A DNA stretch of 64,000 nucleotides from NCBI GenBank assembly GCA_965112735.1, contig OZ218957.1:3607293-3671292 (forward strand), given 5' to 3'. The DNA comes from Phaeosaccion multiseriatum (lineage: Eukaryota; Protista; Ochrophyta, other classes). This document shows, one piece after another, positions 49,401-61,080 of the stretch (positions are counted from its first letter, which is position 1; each line of letters begins with the position of its first letter). The notes below the pieces were generated by a model. It saw only the letters and a list, made by a program, of their open reading frames with translations. It searched no databases and was not told the origin of the DNA. A program made the translations under genes and the position numbers.

Positions 49401-50497
49401 GCCTGATTTCGGCACGGGAGGGTTGAACAATCGCTTCCATGGGCCGGTGGGGTTGAAGCGGTCCCACCATGGTCGCAATGAGTCTGCGCGGCGTCTATGG
49501 TGCGCTCGGCGGGGTTGAACATGGGCCTCTGTGGGGTTGAACAGGCCCATCTGTGGACCCCGGTGGGCAACCTGGGCCTGATTTCGGCACGGGAGGGTTG
49601 AACAATCGCTTCCATGGGCCGGTGGGGTTGAAGCGGTCCCACCATGGTCGCAATGAGTCTACGCGGGGTCTATGGCGCGCTCTGCGGGGTTGAACATGGG
49701 CCTCTGTGGGGTTGAACAGGCCCATCTGTGGACCCCGGTGGGCAATCTGGGCCTGATTTCGGCACGGGAGGGTTGAACAATCGCTTCCATGGGCCGATGG
49801 GGTTGAAAAGGTCCCACCATGGTCGCAATGAGTCTGCGCGGCGTCTATGGCGTGCTCGGCGGGGTTGAACATGGGCCTCTGTGGGGTTGAACAGGCCCAT
49901 CTGCGGCCCCCCGTGGGCAATCTGGGCCTGATTTCGACACGGAAGGGTTGAACAATCGCTTCCATGGACCGGTGGGGTTGAAGTGGTCCCACCATGGTCG
50001 CAACGAGTCTACGAGGGGTCTATGGTGCGCTCGGCGGGGTTGAACATGGGCCTCTGTGGGGTTGAACAGGCCCATCTGTGGAGCCGCCCCCGGTGGGCAA
50101 TCTGGGCCTGATTTCGGCACGGGAGGGTTGAACAATGCCTTCCATGGGCCGGTGGGGTTGAAGTGGTCCCACCACGGTCGCAATGAGTCTGCGATACGTC
50201 TATGGTGCGCTCGGCGGGGTTGAACATCGGCCTCTGTGGGGTTGAACAGGCCCATCTGCGGCCCCCCGTGGGCAATCTGGGCCTGATTTCGACACGGGAG
50301 GGTTGAACAACCGCTTCTATGGGCCGGTGGGGATGAATGGGACCCACCACGGCCGCAATGAGTCTGCGCGGCGTCTATGGTGTGCTCGGCGGGGTTGAAC
50401 ATGGGCCTCTGTGGGGTTGAACAGGCCCATCTGTGGGCTCCCCCGGTGGGCAATCTGGGCCTGATTTCGACACGGAAGGGTTGAACAACCGCTTCTA
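46414..50497. repeat. Subtelomeric satellite, ~175-bp unit, ~23 copies
   Basis: Period of 175 bp (some units 174-180). Four GGGTTGAA submotifs per unit. Degenerate at the proximal edge. Confidence 0.95.
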
Positions 50498-50498
50498 T

Positions 50499-51927
50499 GA
50501 GAACCACTTCGTCCGAGGCCTCAGGACTCGAGAACCACTTGAGAACCACTTCGTCCGAGGCCTCAGGACGCGAGAACCAGTGGAGAACCACTTCGTCCGA
50601 GGCCTCAGGACTCGAGAACCACTTGAGAACCACTTCGTCCGAGGCCTCAGGACTCGAGAACCAGTGGAGAACCACTTCGTCCGAGGCCTCAGGACTCGAG
50701 AACCAGTTGAGAACCACTTCGTCCGAGGCCTCAGGACGCGAGAACCAGTGGAGAACCACTTCTCCGCGGCCTCAGGACGCGAGAACCAGTGGAGAACCAC
50801 TTCGTCCGAGGCCTCAGGACTCGAGAACCACTTGAGAACCACTTCGTCCGCGGCCTCAGGACGCGAGAACCAGTGGAGAACCACTTCGTCCGAGGCCTCA
50901 GGACCCGAGAACCACTTGAGAACCACTTCGTCCGAGGCCTCAGGACTCGAGAACCACTTGAGAACCACTTCGTCCGAGGCCTCAGGACGCGAGAACCAGT
51001 GGAGAACCACTTCGTCCGAGGCCTCAGGACTCGAGAACCACTTGAGAACCACTTCGTCCGAGGCCTCAGGACTCGAGAACCAGTGGAGAACCACTTCGTC
51101 CGAGGCCTCAGGACTCGAGAACCAGTGGAGAACCACTTCGTCCGAAGCCTCAGGACTCGAGAACCACTTGAGAACCACTTCGTCCGAGGCCTCAGGACTC
51201 GAGAACCAGTGGAGAACCACTTCGTCCGAGGCCTCAGGACTCGAGAACCAGTGGAGAACCACTTCGTCCGCGGCCTCAGGACTCGAGAACCACTTGAGAA
51301 CCACTTCGTCCGAGGCCTCAGGACTCGAGAACCAGTGGAGAACCACTTCGTCCGAGGCCTCAGGACTCGAGAACCAGTTGAAAACCACTTCGGCCGAGGC
51401 CTCAGGACGCGAGAACCAGTGGAGAACCACTTCTCCGCGGCCTCAGGACTCGAGAACCAGTGGAGAACCACTTCGTCCGAGGCCTCAGGACTCGAGAACC
51501 AGTGGAGAACCACTTCGTCCGAGGCCTCAGGACTCGAGAACCACTTGAGGACCACTTCGTCCGAGGCCTCAGGACTCGAGAACCAGTGGAGAACCACTTC
51601 GTCCGAGGCCTCAGGACTCGAGAACCACTTGAGAACCACTTCGTCCGAGGCCTCAGGACTCGAGAACCAGTGGAGAACCACTTCGTCCGAGGCCTCAGGA
51701 CTCGAGAACCAGTGGAGAACCACTTCGTCCGAGGCCTCAGGACTCGAGAACCAGTGGAGAACCACTTCGTCCGAAGCCTCAGGACTCGAGAACCACTTGA
51801 GAAGCACTTCGTCCGAGGCCTCAGGACTCGAGAACCAGTGGAGAACCACTTCGTCCGAGGCCTCAGGACGCGAGAACCAGTGGAGAACCACTTCGTCCGA
51901 GGCCTCAGGACTCGAGAACCAGTGGAG
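50499..51927. repeat. 42-bp telomere-associated satellite, proximal block (~34 units)
   Basis: Unit GAGAACCACTTCGTCCGAGGCCTCAGGACTCGAGAACCA(CTT/GTG). Confidence 0.97.
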
Positions 51928-53689
51928 TGTAAAACGACGTACGCACGACCGACATGCGCTGTCGCCTACAGATAGGATAGAACTAGACACACGGACAAGG
52001 TAACAGCAACCCCAAAGCCAGCCTAGCAGCCAGCCTTGCCTCTATTAACTTATCGCATGCTAGTCCTAAACGACCACCTTCGCACATAGGATAGTGAGAG
52101 CCACGCCACCCGTTCTCACTGTATCTGCCTGGGCCTGGGCCATTGACTTATGGCCCATCTCATCTGAGGCCTTCCAACATCCCCAATGCCTATCCCGGGG
52201 CCTTCCAACATCCCCAATAGCTATCCGCCACTTCCAACATCCCCTTGACAAGACTGTTGCGTGTCCCCACGCAACACAAGCGGATTCGCCTACTGAAGCT
52301 CGACTGTCGCACAAGCCTCCATGCTGCTTCCAAAAAAAGAAAACGGATGAGCATTATGCAACACTCACCCAGATGTGTGCGACCGCTCCTCCCACACACA
52401 CCCCCTGTATTGATGAGAAAATCCCACGACTCAAACTCACCCACACAGGCTCACGGATGAGAAGATCCCACGACTCAAACTCACCCGCGCCATATCTTTC
52501 TCCACTCCTACTCGCCACCAGCGTTGCCAAAGCCTCGTTGCGCACCACTAATGCTGACTGCTAAAGTGTTTACTGGTGTGCCTACAAGGCACCCAGACAG
52601 TCCCTAAAGCAGCCTTGCGAGTATCCTTCTCTGTCTCCCACCAAGCTCCGTGCAACAACAACATCCGTGCTGCTGCCGCACTCGAAAGCCGTGCCCGCTG
52701 TAAGACACCGCTCCCGGCAACTCTCTCTCTCCACTGCCCACCAACCTCCAGCATCCATTTCCGTGCAACAACAACATCCGTGCTGCTGTCACACTCGAAA
52801 GCCGTGCCCGCTGTAAGACACCGCTCCCGGCAATTCTCTCTCTCCCCTGCCCACCAAACTCCAGCATCCATTTCCGTCCAACAACAACATCCGTGCTGCT
52901 GCCACACTCGAAAGCTGTGCCCGCTGTAGACACCACTCCCGGCAATTCTCTCTCTCCACTGCCCACCAACCTCCAGCATCCATTTCCGTGCAACAACAAC
53001 ATCCGTGCTGCTGCCACACTCGAAAGCTGTGCCCGCTGTAAGACACCGCTCCCGGCAATTCTCTCTCTCCACTGCCCACCAACCTCCAGCATCCATTTCC
53101 GTGCAACAACAACATCCGTGCTGCTGCCACACTCGAAAGCTGTGCCCGCTGTAGACACCACTCCCGGCAATTCTCTCTCTCCACTGCCCACCAACCTTCA
53201 GCATCCATTTCCGTGCAACAACAACATCCGTGCTGCTGCCACACTCGAAAGCTGTGCCCGCTGTAGACACCACTCCCGGCAATTCTCTCTCCACTCCCGC
53301 CTCTCCGTGCAACAACAACTCCGCTGCTGTCGCACGTCGTACGGCACTGCGTATGTGCCGCACGGTGCTCCCCTAACACGCCTCTTCCTTCCCTGCCTAA
53401 GCCTCTTGGCTAAGTGCTGCTTTCGGGCCTTTGGGGTTGTAAAACGACGTACGCACGACCGACATGCGCTGTCGCCTACAGATAGGATAGAACTAGACAC
53501 ACGGACAAGGTAACAGCAACCCCAAAGCCAGCCTAGCAGCCAGCCTTGCCTCTATTAACTTATCGCATGCTAGTCCTAAACGACCACCTTCGCACATAGG
53601 ATAGTGAGAGCCACGCCACCCGTTCTCACTGTATCTGCCTGGGCCTGGGCCATTGACTTATGGCCCATCTCATCTGAGGCCTTCCAACA
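51928..53689 (-). mobile_element. Non-autonomous LTR retrotransposon (TRIM-like), 1762 bp, two identical 252-bp LTRs
   Basis: LTRs 51928-52179 and 53438-53689, both TG...CA. 4-bp TSD GGAG (51924-51927, 53690-53693). On the minus strand a short GGGGA tract abuts the 3' LTR (TGTTGGAAG). No gag/pol motifs seen. Confidence 0.92.
52650..53330. repeat. ~113-bp tandem repeat (~6 copies) inside the LTR element
   Basis: CAACAACAACATCCGTGCTGCTGCCACACTCGAAAGC... recurs every 112-113 bp. Confidence 0.9.
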
Positions 53690-56600
53690 GGAGAACCACT
53701 TCGTCCGAGGCCTCAGGACTCGAGAACCACTTGAGAACCACTTCGTCCGAGGCCTCAGGACTCGAGAACCACTTGAGAACCACTTCGTCCGCGGCCTCAG
53801 GACTCGAGAACCAGTGGAGAACCACTTCGTCCGAGGCCTCAGGACTCGAGAACCAGTGGAGAATGAGAACCACTTCGTCCGAGGCCTCAGGACTCGAGAA
53901 CCAGTGGAGAACCACTTCGTCCGAGGCCTCAGGACTCGAGAACCACTTGAGAACCACTTCGTCCGAGGCCTCAGGACTCGAGAACCAGTGGAGAACCACT
54001 TCGTCCGAGGCCTCAGGACTCGAGAACCACTTGAGAACCACTTCGTCCGAGGCCTCAGGACTCGAGAGCCAGTGGAGAACCACTTCGTCCGAGGCCTCAG
54101 GACTCGAGAACCACTTGAGAACCACTTCGTCCGAGGCCTCAGGACTCGAGAACCAGTGGAGAACCACTTCGTCCGAGGCCTCAGAACGCGAGAACCAGTG
54201 GAGAACCACTTCGTCCGAGGCCTCAGGACTCGAGAACCACTTGAGAACCACTTCGTCCGAGGCCTCAGGACTCGAGAACCACTTGAGAACCACTTCGCCC
54301 GAGGCCTCAGGACTCGAGAACCACTTGAGAACCACTTCGTCCGCGGCCTCAGGACGCGAGAACCAGTGGAGAACCACTTCGTCCGCGGCCTCAGGACTCG
54401 AGAACCACTGGAGAACCACTTCGTCCGAGGCCTCAGGACTCGAGAACCACCTGAGAACCACTTCGTCCGAGGCCTCAGGACTCGAGAACCACTTGAGAAC
54501 CACTTCGTCCGAGGCCTCAGGACTCGAGAACCACTTGAGAACCACTTCGTCCGCGGCCTCAGGACTCGAGAACCACTGGAGAACCACTTCGTCCGAGGCC
54601 TCAGGACTCGAGAACCACTTGAGAACCACTTCGTCCGAGGCCTCAGGACTCGAGAACCAGTGGAGAACCACTTCGTCCGAGGCCTCAGGACTCGAGAACC
54701 ACTTGAGAACCACTTCGTCCGAGGCCTCAGGACTCGAGAACCAGTGGAGAACCACTTCGTCCGAGGCCTCAGGACTCGAGAACCAGTGGAGAACCACTTC
54801 GTCCGCGGCCTCAGGACTCGAGAACCACTTGAGAACCACTTCGTCCGAGGCCTCAGGACTCGAGAACCAGTGGAGAACCACTTCGTCCGAGGCCTCAGGA
54901 CTCGAGAACCACTTGAGAACCACTTCGTCCGAGGCCTCAGAACGCGAGAACCAGTGGAGAACCACTTCGTCCGAGGCCTCCGGACTCGAGAACCACTTGA
55001 GAACCACTTCGTCCGAGGCCTCAGGACTCGAGAACCAGTTGAGAACCACTTCGTCCGAGGCCTCAGGACTCGAGAACCACTTGAGAACCACTTCGTCCGA
55101 GGCCTCAGGACTCGAGAACCAGTGGAGAACCACTTCGTCCGAGGCCTCAGGACGCGAGAACCAGTGGAGAACCACTTCGCCCGAGGCCTCAGGACTCGAG
55201 AACCACTTGAGAACCACTTCGTCCGAGGCCTCAGGACTCGAGAACCACTTGAGAACCACTTCGTCCGAGGCCTCAGGACTCGAGAACCAGAGGAGAACCA
55301 CTTCGTCCGAGGCCTCAGGACTCGAGAACCACTTGAGAACCACTTCGTCCGAGGCCTCAGGACGCGAGAACCACTTGAGAACCACTTCGTCCGAGGCCTC
55401 AGGACTCGAGAACCAGTGGAGAACCACTTCGTCCGAGGCCTCAGGACGCGAGAACCACTTGAGAACCACTTCGTCCGAGGCCTCAGGACTCGAGAACCAC
55501 TTGAGAACCACTTCGTCCGAGGCCTCAGGACTCGAGAACCAGTGGAGAACCTCTTCGTCTGAGGCCTCAGGACGCGAGAACCAGTGGAGAACCACTTCGT
55601 CCGAGGCCTCAGGACTCGAGAACCACTTGAGAACCACTTCGTCCGAGGCCTCAGGACGCGAGAACCACTTCAGAACCACTTCGTCCGAGGCCTCAGGACT
55701 CGAGAACCAGTGGAGAACCACTTCGTCCGAGGCCTCAGAACGCGAGAACCAGTGGAGAACCACTTCGTCCGAGGCCTCAGGACTCGAGAACCACTTGAGA
55801 ACCACTTCGTCCGAGGCCTCAGGACTCGAGAACCACTTGAGAACCACTTCGTCCGCGGCCTCAGGACTCGAGAACCACTTGAGAACCACTTCGTCCGAGG
55901 CCTCAGGACTCGAGAACCACTTGAGAACCACTTCGTCCGCGGCCTCAGGACGCGAGAACCAGTGGAGAACCACTTCGTCCGAGGCCTCAGGACTCGAGAA
56001 CCACTTGAGAACCACTTCGTCCGAGGCCTTAGGACTCGAGAACCACTTGAGAACCACTTCGTCCGAGGCCTCAGGACTCGAGAACCAGTGGAGAACCACT
56101 TCGTCCGAGGCCTCAGGACTCGAGAACCAGTTGAGAACCACTTCGTCCGAGGCCTCAGGACTCGAGAACCACTTGAGAACCACTTCGTCCGAGGCCTCAG
56201 GACGCGAGAACCACTTGAGAACCACTTCGTCCGAGGCCTCAGGACTCGAGAACCAGTGGAGAACCACTTCGTCCGAGGCCTCAGGACTCGAGAACCACTT
56301 GAGAACCACTTCGTCCGCGGCCTCAGGACTCGAGAACCACTTGAGAACCACTTCGTCCGAGGCCTCAGGACTCGAGAACCACTTGAGAACCACTTCGTCC
56401 GCGGCCTCAGGACGCGAGAACCAGTGGAGAACCACTTCGTCCGAGGCCTCAGGACTCGAGAACCACTTGAGAACCACTTCGTCCGAGGCCTTAGGACTCG
56501 AGAACCACTTGAGAACCACTTCGTCCGAGGCCTCAGGACTCGAGAACCAGTGGAGAACCACTTCGTCCGAGGCCTCAGGACTCGAGAACCAGTTGAGAAC

Positions 56601-59600
56601 CACTTCGTCCGAGGCCTCAGGACTCGAGAACCAGTTGAGAACCACTTCGTCCGAGGCCTCAGGACTCGAGAACCAGTGGAGAACCACTTCGTCCGAGGCC
56701 TCAGGACTCGAGAACCACTGGAGAACCACTTCGTCCGCGGCCTCAGGACTCGAGAACCACTTGAGAACCACTTTGTCCGAGGCCTCAGGACGCGAGAACC
56801 ACTTGAGAACCACTTCGTCCGAGGCCTCAGGACTCGAGAACCAGTGGAGAACCACTTCGTCCGAGGCCTCAGGACTCGAGAACCAGTGGAGAACCACTTC
56901 GTCCGAGGCCTCAGGACTCGAGAACCACTTGAGAACCACTTCGTCCGCGGCCTCAGGAATCGAGAACCACTGGAGAACCACTTCGTCCGAGGCCTCAGGA
57001 CTCGAGAACCAGTGGAGAACCACTTCGTCCGCGGCCTCAGGACTCGAGAACCACTTGAGAACCACTTCGTCCGAGGCCTCAGGACTCGAGAACCAGTGGA
57101 GAACCACTTCGTCCGAGGCCTCAGGACGCGAGAACCACTTGAGAACCACTTCGTCCGAGGCCTCAGGACTCGAGAACCAGTGGAGAACCACTTCGTCCGA
57201 GGCCTCAGGACGCGAGAACCAGTGGAGAACCACTTCGCCCGAGGCCTCAGGACTCGAGAACCACTTGAGAACCACTTCGTCCGAGGCCTCAGGACTCGAG
57301 AACCACTTGAGAACCACTTCGTCCGAGGCCTCAGGACTCGAGAACCAGAGGAGAACCACTTCGTCCGAGGCCTCAGGACTCGAGAACCACTTGAGAACCA
57401 CTTCGTCCGAGGCCTCAGGACGCGAGAACCACTTGAGAACCACTTCGTCCGAGGCCTCAGGACTCGAGAACCAGTGGAGAACCACTTCGTCCGAGGCCTC
57501 AGGACTCGAGAACCAGTTGAGAACCACTTCGTCCGAGGCCTCAGGACTCGAGAACCACTTGAGAACCACTTCGTCCGAGGCCTCGGGACTCGAGAACCAG
57601 TGGAGAACCTCTTCGTCCGAGGCCTCAGGACGCGAGAACCAGTGGAGAACCACTTCGTCCGAGGCCTCAGGACTCGAGAACCACTTGAGAACCACTTCGT
57701 CCGAGGCCTCAGGACGCGAGAACCACTTCAGAACCACTTCGTCCGAGGCCTCAGGACTCGAGAACCAGTGGAGAACCACTTCGTCCGAGGCCTCAGAACG
57801 CGAGAACCAGTGGAGAACCACTTCGTCCGAGGCCTCAGGACTCGAGAACCACTTGAGAACCACTTCGTCCGAGGCCTCAGGACTCGAGAACCACTTGAGA
57901 ACCACTTCGTCCGCGGCCTCAGGACTCGAGAACCACTTGAGAACCACTTCGTCCGAGGCCTCAGGACGCGAGAACCACTTGAGAACCACTTCGTCCGAGG
58001 CCTCAGGACTCGAGAACCAGTGGAGAACCACTTCGTCCGAGGCCTCAGGACTCGAGAACCAGTGGAGAACCACTTCGTCCGAGGCCTCAGGACTCGAGAA
58101 CCAGTGGAGAACCACTTCGTCCGCGGCCTCAGGACTCGAGAACCAGTTGAGAATCACTTCGTCCGAGGCCTCAGGACTCGAGAACCAGTGGAGAACCACT
58201 TCGTCCGAGGCCTCAGGACTCGAGAACCAGTGGAGAACCACTTCGTCCGCGGCCTCAGGACTCGAGAACCACTTGAGAACCACTTCGTCCGAGGCCTCAG
58301 GACTCGAGAACCACTTGAGAACCACTTCGTCCGAGGCCTCAGGACTCGAGAACCAGTGGAGAACCACTTCGTCCGAGGCCTCAGGACTCGAGAACCAGTG
58401 GAGAACCACTTCGTCCGCGGCCTCAGGACCCGAGAACCACTTGAGAACCACTTCGTCCGAGGCCTCAGGACTCGAGAACCAGTGGAGAACCACTTCGTCC
58501 GAGGCCTCAGGACCCGAGAACCACTTGAGAACCACTTCGTCCGAGGCCTCAGGACTCGAGAACCACTTGAGAACCACTTCGTCCGAGGCCTCAGGACGCG
58601 AGAACCACTTGAGAACCACTTCGTCCGAGGCCTCAGGACTCGAGAACCAGTGGAGAACCACTTCGTCCGAGGCCTCAGGACTCGAGAGCCAGTGGAGAAC
58701 CACTTCGTCCGAGGCCTCAGGACTCGAGAACCACTTGAGAACCACTTCGTCCGAGGCCTCAGGACGCGAGAACCACTTGAGAACCACTTCGTCCGAGGCC
58801 TCAGGACGCGAGAACCAGTGGAGAACCACTTCGTCCGAGGCCTCGGGACTCGAGAACCAGTGGAGAACCACTTCGTCCGAGGCCTCAGGACTCGAGAACC
58901 AGTGGAGAACCACTTCGTCCGAGGCCTCAGGACTCGAGAACCACTTGAGAACCACTTCGTCCGCGGCCTCAGGACTCGAGAACCACTTGAGAACACTTCG
59001 TCCGAGGCCTCAGGACTCGAGAACCAGTGGAGAACCACTTCGTCCGAGGCCTCAGGACTCGAGAACCAGTGGAGAACCACTTCGTCCGCGGCCTCAGGAC
59101 CCGAGAACCACTTGAGAACCACTTCGTCAGAGGCCTCAGGACTCGAGAACCAGTGGAGAACCACTTCGTCCGAGGCCTCAGGACCCGAGAACCACTTGAG
59201 AACCACTTCGGCCGAGGCCTCAGGACTCGAGAACCACTTGAGAACCACTTCGTCCGAGGCCTCAGGACGCGAAAACCACTTGAGAACCACTTCGTCCGAG
59301 GCCTCAGGACTCGAGAACCAGTGGAGAACCACTTCGTCCGAGGCCTCAGGACTCGAGAGCCAGTGGAGAACCACTTCGTCCGAGGCCTCAGGACCCGAGA
59401 ACCACTTGAGAACCACTTCGTCCGAGGCCTCAGGACTCGAGAACCACTTGAGAACCACTTCGTCCGAGGCCTCAGGACTCGAGAACCAGTGGAGAACCAC
59501 TTCGTCCGAGGCCTCCGGACTCGAGAACCACTTGAGAACCACTTCGTCCGAGGCCTCAGGACGCGAGAACCACTTGAGAACCACTTCGCCCGAGGCCTCA

Positions 59601-61080
59601 GGACTCGAGAACCACTTGAGAACCACTTCGTCCGAGGCCTCAGGACTCGAGAACCACTTGAGAACCACTTCGTCCGAGGCCTCAGGACGCGAGAACCACT
59701 TGAGAACCACTTCGTCCGAGGCCTCAGGACGCGAGAACCAGTGGAGAACCACTTCGTCCGAGGCCTCGGGACTCGAGAACCAGTGGAGAACCACTTCGTC
59801 CGAGGCCTCAGGACTCGAGAACCAGTGGAGAACCACTTCGTCCGAGGCCTCAGGACTCGAGAACCACTTGAGAACCACTTCGTCCGCGGCCTCAGGACTC
59901 GAGAACCACTTGAGAACCACTTCGTCCGAGGCCTCAGGACTCGAGAACCACTGGAGAACCACTTCGTCCGCGGCCTCAGGACTCGAGAACCAGTGGAGAA
60001 CCACTTCGTCCGAGGCCTCAGGACGCGAGAACCACTTGAGAACCACTTCGGCCGAGGCCTCAGGACTCGAGAACCAGTGGAGAACCACTTCGTCCGAGGC
60101 CTCAGGACTCGAGAACCACTTGAGAACCACTTCGTCCGAGGCCTCAGGACTCGAGAACCACTTGAGAACAACTTCGTCCGCGGCCTCAGGACTCGAGAAC
60201 CACTTGAGAACCACTTCGTCCGAGGCCTCAGGACTCGAGAACCAGTGGAGAACCACTTCGTCCGAGGCCTCAGGACTCGAGAACCACTTGAGAACCACTT
60301 CGTCCGAGGCCTCAGGACGCGAGAACCACTTGAGAACCACTTCGTCCGAGGCCTCAGGACTCGAGAACCAGTGGAGAACCACTTCGTCCGAGGCCTCAGG
60401 ACTCGAGAACCACTTGAGAACCACTTCGTCCGAGGCCTCAGGACTCGAGAACCAGTGGAGAACCACTTCGTCCGAGGCCTCAGGACCCGAGAACCACTTG
60501 AGAACCACTTCGTCCGAGGCCTCAGGACTCGAGAACCAGTGGAGAACCACTTCGTCCGAGGCCTCAGGACCCGAGAACCACTTGAGAACCACTTCGTCCG
60601 AGGCCTCAGGACTCGAGAACCACTTGAGAACCACTTCGTCCGAGGCCTCAGGACGCGAGAACCACTTGAGAACCACTTCGTCCGAGGCCTCAGGACTCGA
60701 GAAGCAGTGGAGAACCACTTCGTCCGAGGCCTCAGGACTCGAGAGCCAGTGGAGAACCACTTCGTCCGAGGCCTCAGGACCCGAGAACCACTTGAGAACC
60801 ACTTCGTCCGAGGCCTCAGGACTCGAGAACCACTCTCGAACCACTTCGTCCGAGGCCTCAGGACTCGAGAACCAGTGGAGAACCACTTCGTCCGAGGCCT
60901 CAGGACTCGAGAACCAGTGGAGAACCACTTCGTCCGAGGCCTCAGGACGCGAGAACCAGTGGAGAACCACTTCGTCCGAGGCCTCAGGACTCGAGAACCA
61001 CTTGAGAACCACTTCGTCCGAGGCCTCAGGACTCGAGAACCACTTGAGAACCACTTCGTCCGCGGCCTCAGGACTCGAGA
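53690..61080. repeat. 42-bp telomere-associated satellite, distal block (~176 units)
   Basis: Same unit as 50499-51927; directly abuts the telomere. Confidence 0.97.

Noticed and set aside
46315-50759. Repetitive minus-strand ORFs (MVGPLQPHRP...)
   Set aside because: Translations of the 175-bp satellite; the unit length is not a multiple of three.
51928-51939. TGTAAAACGACG matches the start of the M13 forward primer
   Set aside because: Only 12 nt match, the continuation differs, and it is the LTR terminus present in both LTRs; not vector contamination.
50499-61080. CRISPR-like array (short palindromic repeats)
   Set aside because: Units are contiguous with no unique spacers, no cas genes are present, and the context is a eukaryotic subtelomere.
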